Made by a program: the position numbers and the translations under genes. The notes beneath the pieces are model-generated. The model did not search any database, was not told where the DNA came from, and saw nothing but the letters and a program-made list of their open reading frames with translations. A stretch of 63,887 nt of DNA, filler included, from Neolecta irregularis DAH-3 (Eukaryota): assembly GCA_001929475.1 (NCBI GenBank). It is 7 parts of 7 records of this genome, joined end to end, with 100 filler letters (N's around TTAATTAATTAA, not from the genome) between each part and the next. Parts side by side here need not be neighbours in the genome. Positions count along the whole stretch, not along the records: positions 39,818 to 50,486 come from LXFE01000705.1; positions 50,587 to 58,285 come from LXFE01000706.1; 5 more parts are not named here. One strand, written 5' to 3'. Positions 42,241 through 54,571 of the stretch are shown here, piece after piece (within the stretch, counting starts at the first letter, position 1; every line of letters begins with the position of its first letter).

Positions 42241-42442
42241 GGAAAACCATAATTATCTGGAAAGGCAAGTGTAGCAAACAATTGTGTAAGTGATCGCTGG
42301 AAGTACAATATGACTCGGTTCTATAATCTAACCTAAGTGTGGGAACTTCTTATATACAGGGAGTATACCTAACCTAAGTGCGGGAACTTGGTTAGGTATG
42401 CATAATCATGCAGGTTTATATACTCCAATTGTAAGCGTGGCA

Positions 42443-42560
42443 CACGCTTACCAATACGGGAAGAAGGCTTGCAATAATATTGCGGCAATTAAATAGATAG
42501 GTGGTTCATACCTAGCCAAGTCGCCAATACTTAGGCTAGAAACAATATAACCTAGTCTTA
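42443..42560 (+). repeat. Repeat family C; also 50406-50486, 58386-58480 and diverged at about 60930-61062
   Basis: ACGCTTACCAATAC.GGAAGAAGGCTTGCAATAATATTGCGGCAATTAAA...ATAGATAGG.GGTTCATACCTAGCCAAGTCGCCAATACTTA; two copies abut gaps. Confidence 0.85.
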
Positions 42561-42740
42561 TTCGTATCTGGGCTTCAATACTTATACCAATATTGAATGT
42601 CCGCAATATTGATAACATCATCACTAAGGACTTATGTCCTTAAAAATTGAGTGCGCCTAGAATGAAGACTGGGTCTCCAGTTGTGACACTTGTACATCAG
42701 AGAGTTTCAACTCAAATATATTTCATTGTCATGCACGACC

Positions 42741-43997
42741 TTACATACTTGATTCATCCGTTTCATGCTCTTCCAAAGATTCGTTACTTGATTCATCTGT
42801 TTCGTGCTCTTCCAAAGATTCGATACTTGATTCATCCGTTTCATGCTCTTTCAAAGATTCGAGGAACGGCCTCCAGTATTCAAGTTCTTTGAACAAGAAC
42901 CTCGAAAAATATCCTAGATTGACATCCATGGGATCCATTTCATTAGTTGCATCGACGTATCTTTTGAAAAATGAATCGGCGATATTGTCATTCATCGCAA
43001 ATTCTATTTGCTTTCCAAAACGCATGAAACGGTGCAGGAGTTTGAAGTATTCATCAGAAAGTCCCTCAGGAGCATGGTGTTCTGCATCGAGATTAATACT
43101 AGCCATCATCTTCCATAATTTGATGATTCCAGACATGAGTTTTTCAGGGTTGGAGAGATTTGAATTCGATGATTGTTGCCAATCTTCTATGGCCTTGCCC
43201 ACGACCTCAAACTCTTCGTTGGTGAATTTAACAAGATCATCATCAGAATTGTCAGAATTATCAGAATTATCAGAATTATAACTGGATTGGTCTGATGCAC
43301 TCAATGCATGTCGGGCTTTCCATGTAGCCAATGTATGAGCAAAACAATGCTCAAGAAGATCTAGATTGAAATTTCCGCCATTAAAATGTCGTCCGACAAG
43401 GACGAACTCAGCTAAAAAGTCATCGATTTCGTCGAAATCAACCCAGACGCCAATCTCCTCCAGAGAATCGAAGATAAGCTGCATCAGGTTGTGGTCGTTT
43501 ACATCATGATCGTAATACATAAGGTGGAAGTTTGAAGGCAAATCAAACTGCTGAATCGTATTCCAAAGTGTAGCAAGTACAGGCTTAGCCTTTTGAAATT
43601 CTGCATCGTCATCTAGATTGGCACTCCAGAAGCCATCGAGCCATGAGGGAGCGTTGGCAATCCAATCACTGATTTTCTTTAACTCGTTCTGTTTTGCCCA
43701 AGCCTTGCGCTCATCTTCCTGGCCAATCCACTTTACATCATCCTGGGGAGGGAAATAGCTGCGAGCAACAGTTGGAGTAACCTCCGGATCCTGAGTCATT
43801 TGGATCATGTTGTATCTCTCATAGAGCTCATTGTCACTGGAGTAGTCAACATAAGCCGTTGGAGTAACCTCCAGACTCTGAGTCCTTTGAGGTCACTGAG
43901 GAATCTGGGAGCTCTGGCTCTCTCTGCTAGCACGCGGAAGGCTTAACGTTGGTGAGGCAGCAACGATTCCAAGCAAAAGGATAAATGGTGTTAACAT
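42741..43997 (-). pseudogene. Putative secreted acidic protein gene with one in-frame TGA at codon 35 (pseudogene, or readthrough)
   Basis: MLTPFILLLGIVAASPTLS...IPQ*PQRTQ is in frame with the 355-aa ORF 42741-43808; C-terminal 39-bp x3 repeat ESLEEHETDESS; SDN repeats. Confidence 0.7.
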
Positions 43998-44134
43998 GTT
44001 AGAGGATGTAGTGACTGAATTGCAAGAATAGTGGAAAGGCGACTCTTTTATGTTCAGACCATCTTGGATCTCATTGGATCCGATGAAAAATCCTCTGATG
44101 ATTCACAACCACTGAACCAAGAGGTACTGTTGGA

Positions 44135-44405
44135 ATCTTCTGTCTCATTTTCCGGTACGTTAGAATATTCTGTCCCATTTTTAGAATTAATGTGCTTTCT
44201 TCTCTCTCATTTTCCGATACGTTAGAATCATTGGCTTTCTTCTCTCTCATTCTGGTACGTTAGAATCTTTCTTCTCTCTCATTTTCCAATACATTAGAAT
44301 CATTGGCTTTCTTCGGTCTCATTCCGGTACGTCAGAATAATTGGCTTTCTTCGGTCTCATTGCAGTACGAGAGAATCATTGGCTTTCTTCTGTCTCATTT
44401 TCCAT
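44135..44405. repeat. Degenerate minisatellite, about 34-40-bp unit, about 7 copies
   Basis: TCTCTCATTTTCCGRTACGTTAGAATCATTGGCTTTCT repeated. Confidence 0.85.
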
Positions 44406-44519
44406 CACATGATGCAGCCACATCAGTTGCAAGGACTAGACAAAATATTAATAGCTTCCCAATTTGCGCCACAAGGTTCCAACTTTGAGACAGGTTTCAG
44501 GAGGCCGTAGGCGCTTTTG

Positions 44520-44720
44520 CAACTGGAGAGGGCACTGCAGCGGGAGAGGGCGTTGCAGCGGAGGAGTTGAAGCAGGTGGGGGAGTTGCAATTGGAGAGGG
44601 CACTGGAGCGGGAGAGGGCGTCTCAGCAGGCGGGGATACTGAAACTGGCGAGGGCGCTGCAGCAGACTAGGCAGTTGGAGCGGGTCAGGGTGCTGGAGCG
44701 GGAGAGAACCGGGTTGAGCG
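44520..44720. repeat. Degenerate 18-bp GC-rich tandem repeat
   Basis: CTGGAGCGGGAGAGGGCG-like units. Confidence 0.7.
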
Positions 44721-45039
44721 GGGCCGCTATGCACAGTGCTGGCGGCAGGCAGGTGAGTGCAGGAACAGATAACACTGATTGGAACCTGCGTGCTAACACA
44801 CTGCATGCCGTCGGCGAAAATGTGAATATATATTCAAGAGGACACCGCCAGAAATGGGATCGTTCACACAGAAACATAGCTTTTCCCTTTTGAAAATCCA
44901 TCAAGAGAATCAAGACAAACCCAAGGACGCTTGTCCAACGGCCGATGGACCGTATCACGTGATATTAACTAGTAGGGATTTACCCCGTTATGAAAATAGC
45001 CACTACATGATCAACACCACATCTTTGATCAACACCGTC

Positions 45040-45308
45040 GCCTGCCCGCCTCGCCTGCCTCTCCTATCTCTCGCGCCTCTTCAGCCTTGCGCGCCTGTCT
45101 CACACCTCCCCAGTTTCTTCCACCTCTCGCTCCCGCCTCTCCCACCTCTCGCTCCTGCCTCTCCCACCTCTCGCTCCTTGCCTCTCCCACCTTTCGCTCC
45201 TGCCTCTCCCACCTCTCGCTCCTGCCTCTCCCAGCTGCCTATCAGTTCCTTCTTGCCAATATTTAGATAAATATATAAGCATTATATACATAATATAGCA
45301 ATTTATAC
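45040..45308 (-). repeat. Repeat family A copy 3 (inverted relative to 42039)
   Basis: CCTCTCCCACCTCTCGCT tandem tail plus AT-rich head. Confidence 0.85.
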
Positions 45309-45818
45309 TTGCTTTCTGTATACTTCTTCAGAAAAAGGTGTGAGATCTTTATGATCATATCAATAACTGCTGGCGAATCACATGATGAGATCACATTCAT
45401 AGCTGCAGATGGTCAATCTGACCAATCATCCAACAGAATAGAAGAAGCTTGTTTAATCTACCGCCAGCAGACAGATAGTTTACTTGAACTTGAGAAGGGA
45501 ATGACGGTGATGCGGTTCCCAAAGATATCCTATTTTGGTTTGCTCTCACAACACTTACCTCAGCTTGGGCCTAAGGACGAGAGAGAAATAGCAGCAGCAG
45601 TAGTCGGGCACATTACGAACGCAATGAGATATCGACAGCACGTAGAATTTTCCAATTCCACTCCACAAAATGTCATATTTTATATGACGACATTCGTATT
45701 ATCATGGGTTTACAAGGTTCGTCAAAGCAATCTCGGAACTGAAGATTTTCATTTTGGCCGTCAAATGTTGACAAGCATAGCTAGAGAAGTGTTAGTTGAT
45801 GCTAATATTGAAAGCTAA
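45309..45818 (+). pseudogene. 5'-truncated paralog of the 40467-41705 secreted protein
   Basis: DEITFIAADG vs DEISYISADG; AAAVVGHI vs AIAVVDHI; MTTFVLSWVYKVRQS vs MITFVLSWDYKILQS; QMLTS vs QMLKS; no signal-peptide exons upstream. Confidence 0.7.
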
Positions 45819-46104
45819 GGCGTCTCGCAAGCAGCAATTTCCCAGTTCTGTTACTTTCCTGTCTCTTTTCTTATGTTATTGAATTGTTGTAGTTTTAGAC
45901 TTGTGAATTACATTGTCCCTGTTAACATTTGCATGAAGTGAAAATTTAGATATCCTAGTTTTCCATTTGAAACAGATATAGTCATATTTTTGACATTCAC
46001 TTTTAGAACAATTAAAATGTACAAGACTGGAAGGGAGAAATATTTCAAAGATAGGGCAAAGTTATGAGCGACAAATCAAAATCAAATCAAACTTTTCTAT
46101 ATTC

Positions 46105-47688
46105 TTATTGTTTTTCCTCAATAGCCTTGAAAATAGCTTCGATACTCATACTTTTTGGTCGTTCAATAGGTAACCCAAGCGCTACCTCGTCAATATGTCG
46201 CACTAGAAAAGGAAAAAGGAGATACCTCGGTCCCACACCAATTGAGCCAGACACCCGATAGCTCGACTGACGCCAAACACGACAGTGTAAAAGTTTGTCT
46301 GTTGCATACCAAAGTGATTCAACAAAACACCGCTAGTGGCGTCTACATTCGGAAAGGGGTTTTTTGCTTTTCCGTGCTCTTTCATGACTTTTGTAGCGAC
46401 TTGAGAATTCTAATGGTGAATTGGATGAAAAAGAGGTGAAGGACCTTAATTACAAGCTTGACTAGTGGATCGTCAGAACATCCTTTTGTTCGTTTCGCAA
46501 AGTCTTGTAGAGCGGTGAAACGGGGGTCTGGATTTCGAAGGACGCCGTGGCCGTAACCGGGTACCACTTGTCCCGAATTCAACGTTTTCCAAAGGTATTT
46601 CTCGATAGCTTCTTCAGAGGCATCATCTCCGATCTCTTTTTGCATTTTGAGAACCCAAACGAGAACTTCTTGGGCGGCCAGCCTGATTGTCAGATTTTGA
46701 ATAGATAGGAGGGATAGATACCCATGCAATGGGCCTGCGAGACCATTTAGAGCGGATGCATAGGAGAGGTATGGGTCTGCCAGGGCTGAATTAACGAGAT
46801 CTGAGAGTTAGAGTTGGTTGGCTGGAGCGAGATACGGGCTGTATGGGCTGAGACGTTTCCTCCTTCATGATCTCCGTGTAAAGCGAGATACAGACGAATC
46901 ATGTCGACCATGCCGGAATTTTCACCCATGCCCATGCCTCTTGCAAAATTCATACTCCAATCGGCGTGCTGATCGATTCCTTGATCTTTGGCGTCATAGA
47001 TGTTTCGGTATATTCTCGATGCTATAGTGGGCAGTTTTGCGAGAAGATTTATAGAGTCATCGAACGTTGGGGACCAGTAATCTTTCTTGTGGAGGCCAGC
47101 TGCGTATTGTTTTGCAAAGGACGAGTCATGATTCAAGGTTGAGACGGCGATGCTGAGCTGGGTCATGGGATGGAGAGATTTTGGGAGCGAGTCGAGGAGG
47201 TCGGTGGTGTGCTTTGGGAGCTCAGAGTATTTGGCCAAGGTTGAGCTGAAGGAGGAAATCTGGGCCGCAGAAGGGATCTAGGCGATGAGCAGGGAACAAA
47301 AACGAAGCTCGAGGCCGGGACAAAGACTTCAACACACCTCGCTGGTCAGGATGAGCCAAAACATGGCTTCTGGCAGCATTTCACCCGAATTTGCAGCAGG
47401 CAGCTTGCGCTGACATTCGGTGATACTCATTCCATGAAAGCGAATTCCTTTGTATGCATCTAGCTCACTGCCCTCCCATACCATGCACTTGAGTCCACGC
47501 ATTCCACCAACAATGCTATCCACCGTCACTCCCGAACTGAGCGCAACACTGCCATGCTGCGATCGCAGCGCCTGCAAACGCTCGCGTTTGGCAGGGATCT
47601 TGGCCTCAACCACGCGCTTCAATTCTGTGTGCAATGCGCGCACCAAACGTGGTTGTGGGGATGCAATTCGGGAAAGAAACAGCGGCAT
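46105..47688 (-). CDS. Citrate-synthase family enzyme, most like 2-methylcitrate synthase (McsA/Cit3 type), with mitochondrial presequence
   Basis: [76 protein letters not shown]. Confidence 0.9.
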
Positions 47689-47902
47689 GGCGTGGAGCAG
47701 CGGGATCAAAGTTGTAGCAAATTAAAAAAAAGCCGAGTGGAGAAGCCGCTGCCGTGAATCAGCCACCGATCCAATCAGGAAACGTTCCCCGCCCCCCGCC
47801 AATTTAAATACGAAGCAAAAAATACACCGTGTTGGGTTTATCTATGAAATGTGACATTCTATCATAGTTGATGTTTACTTGCTTGTACTTTGACAAACCT
47901 CA

Positions 47903-49390
47903 TCAGTGGGGGTTTAATTGTAATACCGCAAGCCTGTTTGCCTGCTGTGCCAAATATATCTGTGCAGCCGACAATATCGTACTTACAATAGCTAATACAC
48001 CCAGAACCACAGTGAACCAAAATGCATAATATTGTAATGGTTCCGTAAACCGTCGATTGTTTATTTCGTATCGGAACCTCGGCCATTGTCGGTTTATTTT
48101 AATTTGTATCTCTCGGAGTTTTCGAGCCATGAACGGGTTTTCCGGGGCTCGTTCATGACGCTGGGACTCGTTGACATATAAAGGGAGGATCCCATTCGCA
48201 ATTGCCCATTTTCGCGATTCTTCGTTCGATAAGAGAATGTTCAATGTCCAAAGATAGTTGCTCGCGACGTTGTGGGCGCTCAGTGGAAGGAAAAAGTTTG
48301 AAGATGGCAACGATCGTGATAATTGGAAGGATTCTTCAGCACTCTCATCGTCGCCCTTATTCGCATAGAGCCTCCAGATGGGAAAGTTTCCATCGTAGAT
48401 ATAGACAACCGTAATCGGATCATTCTTTAGTGTATCCATCTCAAGATGCCTTTCAAAATCCCGCACAACTTCAAATCGAATCAGACGCATATGGTTGATC
48501 TTGGTAATCCCGAGATCACGTAACTTTTCAAATTTGAAGCCGTTCAAATCGCTGGCATTTGCGTAATGGTAGAGGTCACGACATCCTCGTTTATTCGCAG
48601 TACTAAATGTAGGTGGAACTCTCCTCTGAATAAGTGTGAACAGCCTCGTTCGAAATTTTCGAAGCACAGAGTGAACCCAACTTTGATTTTCCCCAAAACT
48701 ATTTTCAAGGTTTTGTTGATCCATGTCAAGATGCTTTTCGATATCACGGGTTTCAAGCGCCTCGGCGTATCGAGCCTGAGGCCCAGCAACGTCAATTTTT
48801 TGAATACCTGCGATTCGCAACGAAATACCACCAATAACGGGTTGAAAAAGAGTTGAAAAAGTAACTTGGTAAAGACCGACTTCATCTGCTTTCTCTTGTC
48901 TCCAGATTCGAATACGATTTGGACAGGCGGTATACCGGAGAAATATATCGCAATATAGTGATAGCAAATTCCCACACTCTCTATATAATCTCTGAGATGG
49001 AACGCGGTTTCTTCGAAGCTGAATAAACGTCGATACCTGCTCGTCTGGGTTTCGTATTCCAAACCAGAGTAGCTGACATACTTCGTCCTTGAAAAAATCA
49101 AGTGTGGAATATCGATATACTCCCAACTGATACGACATGACAATTTGCTGTTGAAGCCAATCAGTTATATCCTTGTACCGTTCAAGCAGTCCCTCAATGT
49201 CCTCGTAAGACTGCACTTGGAAACTGCCCTGAAGATTCGGCATGTAAATCGCCAAGAACTGAAGCGCTTCCGTACTTGTGAAACGCAACGAAGGACGAGG
49301 TCGAAAACTCCATTCATTTGATATAACTTGTGGCATCTCCCAATCCGATAAATGATGAGCATTAACTTCCATTTCGCTAAGCCATGTCAT
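47903..49390 (-). CDS. Hypothetical 495-aa protein with C-terminal transmembrane helix
   Basis: Long intronless ATG ORF; hydrophobic YAFWFTVVLGVLAIVSTILSAAQIYLA near the C-terminus. Confidence 0.7.
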   Translation of the reverse strand: MTWLSEMEVNAHHLSDWEMPQVISNEWSFRPRPSLRFTSTEALQFLAIYMPNLQGSFQVQSYEDIEGLLERYKDITDWLQQQIVMSYQLGVYRYSTLDFFKDEVCQLLWFGIRNPDEQVSTFIQLRRNRVPSQRLYRECGNLLSLYCDIFLRYTACPNRIRIWRQEKADEVGLYQVTFSTLFQPVIGGISLRIAGIQKIDVAGPQARYAEALETRDIEKHLDMDQQNLENSFGENQSWVHSVLRKFRTRLFTLIQRRVPPTFSTANKRGCRDLYHYANASDLNGFKFEKLRDLGITKINHMRLIRFEVVRDFERHLEMDTLKNDPITVVYIYDGNFPIWRLYANKGDDESAEESFQLSRSLPSSNFFLPLSAHNVASNYLWTLNILLSNEESRKWAIANGILPLYVNESQRHERAPENPFMARKLREIQIKINRQWPRFRYEINNRRFTEPLQYYAFWFTVVLGVLAIVSTILSAAQIYLAQQANRLAVLQLNPH

Positions 49391-50586
49391 ATGAATTAAA
49401 ACAAGTCTGTCTTACGAGCCATTGAAATGAACTTCTGCTCCTGGGAATTTTGCCTTGTCTACGAACGCATCAGGTGCGTCATCAGAAGAGTATGTCGCTA
49501 CAATATCGTATTCAGTGGGGCCACTATATTTTGCCTCAATTTCAAAAGAAGGGCTGTCGAATCAGCAACGGTTCATGATGTACAACAAACGTATGTTTCC
49601 CAACAGCTGACTGTTCTACGCATACTTCATCAGGACGGGCGCCATCCATTGTGTTGTTTCTGTCAAACTGTTGAATATTTGTATAAACCCCTCAGAATCT
49701 AATATAGTGTATGCAGGCTGAGCATGGATCTTTCCGCTCAATGAAGAGCATGCTGTCCTTCTTATGTGGTGCAGCTGCCACAATTGGTCCGATCTATCTT
49801 TTGAGGATTGAGCGTGTCGCATTTAATCAACCCTTACTAAATCGTTTTGCCGCATATTTTACACATTGTGCATGGTCATTTGACTTTGAGAAATCTCAAG
49901 AGAACCCTTTTGATTAAGCGAACCGTTTATATATCCCTTCTAGTGATTCTGCAGATCTTGCATTGAGATTTTGTTTGTACGGCAAAGTCTTCTGCTGTTG
50001 AAGGTGAAAGCTGAGCATTCTGAAAAAGAAAACATTATAGTACTAGATATAGGGGCGGTTATTAGAATAGCAACATTAAATCATGAATATGCAAGCAATG
50101 ATATCAATTAAAGAAACAGGATTCATTATCTATATATTGGGAGGCAACCCGTGAGAAATGTTAAATTCGGATACGAGTATATACTTCAGCTATCGTTATC
50201 TATCAATGAGCTTTCCTAAATCGAGATTATTAAATCTCAAGACAGACTCCATGTGCATTCTTTTTAATAAATATATTACAGATAACTATGAGGCAAATTT
50301 TGACAGCGTGCAATACAGCAGAATCGACTATTGTTATCTTCATCACAAATTGTGAAAACGAATGGAAAATTCTATAGAATACATGCAAGCGTATACCTAT
50401 CGCATACGCTTACCAATACAGGAAGAAGGCTTGCAATAATATTGCGGCAATTAAAATTGTATTATATAATATAGATAGGCGGTTCANNNNNNNNNNNNNN
50501 NNNNNNNNNNNNNNNNNNNNNNNNNNNNNNTTAATTAATTAANNNNNNNNNNNNNNNNNNNNNNNNNNNNNNNNNNNNNNNNNNNN

Positions 50587-51738
50587 CGGCGGCGGCCCGG
50601 CGAGGCTGCAGAGGCCTGCCCGGTCCGCGCGCAGCTGTTCTGGTTCTACGCGCGGATGGACATCAGCCAGGCCACGCTCACCGGCGACGGGCTGCTGTGA
50701 TTTGTGCAATCCCCCGTCCCTCTGCTCACAGACAGGCTCGACGTGGCCCTGTGGACATTCCCCTTCCGCCCAGTCGCATCCGCCGCGGACCAGCTCGCCC
50801 TCCTCACCGCAAAGGTCGTCGACTTCTCCTGCAGAGACCGTCTGCGCAAATCGTGTAAACATGCCGCCGCCGCCGCCGCCGCCGCCTGCCAGGCCCCCTC
50901 GCTAAACGGCACCTACCACCCAGACGATGCCGAATTCAGATCGGCCTACGCAACGTGGTCCGGTCTGCGCCAGGAATTAACAGACTGGTTCAACAGCCTG
51001 GACGAGTCGTTTACAAACACCGCCTATCTTTGCAACCCCCCGCGATACGCCACCCCCTTTGGCGAATCCATCTTCTTCAAAACCACGACAGTCGGGTGTA
51101 TACACGCATTGTACCTATTAAGCTTCATCCTCCTCCTCCGCGCTCATCCTTCAAATTCTAAGAAACCTGCAGAGTCAATCGCCCAATCCGCATTCCAGTG
51201 TGCGCCAATGGCCACCACCATCTTTCGAATCCTCGCCGGCTTGGTCTATCCTCACCTGCACCTCTCCCCTCCTATCCCGCAAACGCGACTCTCGGATCTA
51301 ACAAGCATCATCTACCCGGTTTTCCTCGCAGGCATGCAAATAAAAGATCGCGCCCAAAGAGACTGGATATTAAAAATCTGTGAATATATTCAGGAAATCA
51401 CTGGTTATACACTTACAAAGGTTCTACTGGGCCTTTCTACAGCTTGGGGAATTAATCCTTCGAGCAACTCCCCTTCTCCCCTCCTCGACAACGATATCTC
51501 GAGCACGTCCCCTTCTCTCCTCGACAACGATATCTCGAGCACGTCCCCTTCTCTCCTGGACAACGATATCTCGAGCAAGTACCCTTGTCTCCTGGACAAC
51601 GATATCTCGAGCAAGTACCCTTCTCTCCTGGACAACGATATCTCGATGCCTGATATTCAATATTCTGCTTGTACCGACTTCATTTGGGTTTCTAGGGGTC
51701 CCAATGTTACTAATGCATCCTGCCAGTTTGATCTGTGA
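50587..51738 (+). CDS. Fungal-specific transcription-factor domain protein (C-terminal part; 5' end in gap)
   Basis: LFWFYARMDISQA, 39-nt intron 50697-50735, YPVFLAGMQIKDRAQRDWI; C-terminal 36-bp repeats LLDNDIS x5. Confidence 0.7.
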
Positions 51739-51789
51739 CTTGTATTTTATCTTTCTTTGGAATTTGGAATTTGCTAAATGTGGATCCTT

Positions 51790-51970
51790 TGCTTGTTTGT
51801 TTGATGTTTTTTCTATTGATTTGATTTGTTTTGATTTGATTTGATTTGATTTGTTTTGTTTTCTATTGATTTTATTTTCTATTGATTTTATTTTCTTTTC
51901 TTTTCTTTCTTTTCTTTTCTTTTCTTTCTTTTCTTTTCTTTTCTTTCTTTTCTTTTCTTTTCTTTCTTTT
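51790..51970. repeat. T-rich microsatellite tract (TTTGA, TTTTC)
   Basis: Directly visible. Confidence 0.9.
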
Positions 51971-53208
51971 ATCGTCATTTCCCTCGGTAGTTTTCATTGT
52001 GGCGTATTCTTTCTTATTTTTCATTCTGGGTTATCATTTGTATCATAGATAGAGGGCTGATTACAGGTACTGCTTTCTTACAACAAGGGTCGAGTTTAAA
52101 GGGGTGGTAATTGGTGGTTTTGCTTGGGTTTCGTAATTCGAGATTAGAATTTGATTGCATTATGATTGAATGATTCGGGATGTTTTTGATATGAATGGTT
52201 ATTGAATGATTTTGATGATTATTGAATGATTCGAGATGTTGATGATTCGGGATGTTTGATTGAATACACATCTGGCGTCGTACCTCAGAATACCATTGAT
52301 ACCTTCTAATAACGTGTTGTGGCACAGTATTCTGTTGGGAACTATCCTATGAACCACCCTTCTTTAACGAAGCTCTCCAGTCATTGGCTTCCATATAGTT
52401 TATTGGTATTTATGCACCAGCAATTGTCTATGACAGGCTACGTGGTAGACTATATTCATGACGACTCGCGCGTGATGTCATGCAGAAAATGTCACCTCGC
52501 ACACCTGATTTACAGCCGTCGAGCCTCCCAGATGCTCATGCACGATCCCAGTTTTCTTATCCCGCTATACATCATGCAAGTCGTGTGACCTGAGACCCTA
52601 ATGATTAGGTGATCTTCTGGTTCAACGCGGTGCCTCTAAGATAGTCTAATGTAAAAACTAGACTTTGGGGGATTCTATCAAGTCCTAATATTGACTCGTT
52701 TCCTCAGTCCCACAGTTTGTCATATACCTGCTAGAACACAGGCCAGCTTGATTTCGAATTTAGACCAAACAGCAATGCATCAAATTAAACCCGCATGTAG
52801 AATCGTGTTGGCACAACTTTGAAAATTAGAAGCAGTATTGCGACAAAGAGAGATGAAGCAGAACCCCGCCAGATGATTTATTCATGACGGGCTAAAAGAT
52901 ATACTATTTATGAGCTGAAAGTGAGAGGTAACCCCCTTTAACAATAGCTCTTTGAAAATTGCGCATTTTCCCGACAGAATATTTAGCCGCTGTATCTTAC
53001 ATAGTGTGGTTATGCAGATCAAACATAATCAGGATCTGCATGCACTCTTGAAGATATCAGGTGGGCCAAAGGAAAACACGGAAAGAAATAGAACGCGTCC
53101 TATGATAGCGGTTGGAAGACAATCAAACCGAGACGTGGACTAGAAATTTGTGAATTATGTGTTTTGTCGATTAGTGAGGAACAGTGATAATCGACGTCAT
53201 CCCATTGA

Positions 53209-54143
53209 ATGATTTGTGTAAACTGCGCACAGCCAATATCTTCTCTCTACACGAAAACATCCCTTGATTTTCGTCTCACTCAATGCGTCAATGCTCCTTA
53301 GTTGAGGGTAATAATGCTGATATGACCCAGCCGAACTGCAAACTATTCGCAGACAAGTACGTTGAACACGACTATGTAGTTCTCTTCATCGACATCGTTC
53401 TTTTCAAGCCACAGGTCTACCGTCATCTTTTATTTAATCGTCTGCGAATCAAAGATGACGAGTTTGACGTATTCGATTTTGGTAACTGGCGTTGACGAAA
53501 GCCTAGGATTCGAAAATTGGCAATTCTGTTGGTTCTATTTGATGTTTGTATGTCATTCCTCGCCAGATGATGCTGAAATTGGACAGATCTCACATGGCAT
53601 CGGTTCGAGATGATGGAACCGTTTCTGACACCTCGACCAGTTTTGTCGCAGTATCTATACCTGCTGTTCCTCTGTGTATGTGAGATGACCTCACTACATT
53701 ATACAATAAGACTTTTAGCAAAGTGGCTATTGGGATGGAGCAAGTACTCTCTGCGTAAAAGGATTTTGTTCATTTTACAGACCAAACGCAATATCTACGG
53801 CGTTGCTAATTAGTAGCAGCACAAAGCTACTGCCCATATTAATGGTTATCTGGAGCTATGATGTGCCCTTTGCTGCTCGCATAGTCGCCTGGGTAGCTGT
53901 TCTCAATAACATCGAAGCACTGACCAGTATATCATGTTCCAGCCTAGTACTGATTTGGCAGTTTTGCTTCAACAGGATTACATCACTACTACCAGTCTAG
54001 TACTGATAGGCGTGATTGTGCGCGGGCTCGTAGGTCTCACAATATTACAGTTTAGTTCTAGGAACGAGCTGACCTACCTGCGAGAAAAATACGGGAGTTT
54101 CGGTGTAGTCTCTTGGCTGAGCGCGACTTTGGGAGTTTCGTAG
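53209..54143 (+). CDS. ARV1: Sterol homeostasis protein Arv1
   Basis: MICVNCAQPISSLY...LTQC-PNCKLFADKYVEHDYVVLFIDIVLFKPQVYRHLLFN, LLISSSTKLLPILMVIWSYD. Confidence 0.93.
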
Positions 54144-54571
54144 ACAAAGGAGGTCTGAATGATAGGCGTACTGTGTTAGCAAGATCTTGTTCAGAAGCTA
54201 TATCACCTTTGATTGCAATTGATCCTGGTTAGAAACGATGGTGTGCACCCGAAGAAAATATATCCCTGAATGTATTTGAACGTGATGTTGAAACTTGAAA
54301 TAATATGACTATTGGGAGTTTGAATGTTTATCAACATGCTACAAGTTCGCGGGAACCCAGGATAACTGTTCTTTTTTAAAAAAAGAAGCAATGTGCTAGC
54401 AACTCTACCAGGAAAACAATTCTTCAGCAATTCGGGTAGCAAAATAAACGAGAAGGGGTTTGCGATTAATTATTTGTAGCCGCTGATATTCTAAACATGC
54501 ATCGAAAGGCACAAAGTGCAGATGAAAAGAACTCCCCCAAAGATATACATATCTTATCGCCGGTCGTTGCT

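Noticed and set aside
44135-44405. CRISPR-like spaced repeats
   Set aside because: Degenerate head-to-tail minisatellite with no unique spacers, no cas genes and a eukaryotic context.
44423-45291. Several overlapping 60-140-aa ORFs
   Set aside because: Stop-poor frames of GC-rich tandem repeats; no protein signal.
50698-50700. In-frame TGA in the transcription-factor gene
   Set aside because: It lies within a 39-nt GT-AG intron (50697-50735).
51380-52048. ORFs of 154, 184 and 65 aa
   Set aside because: Alternative-frame or antisense readings of the 36-bp repeat and the T-rich microsatellite.
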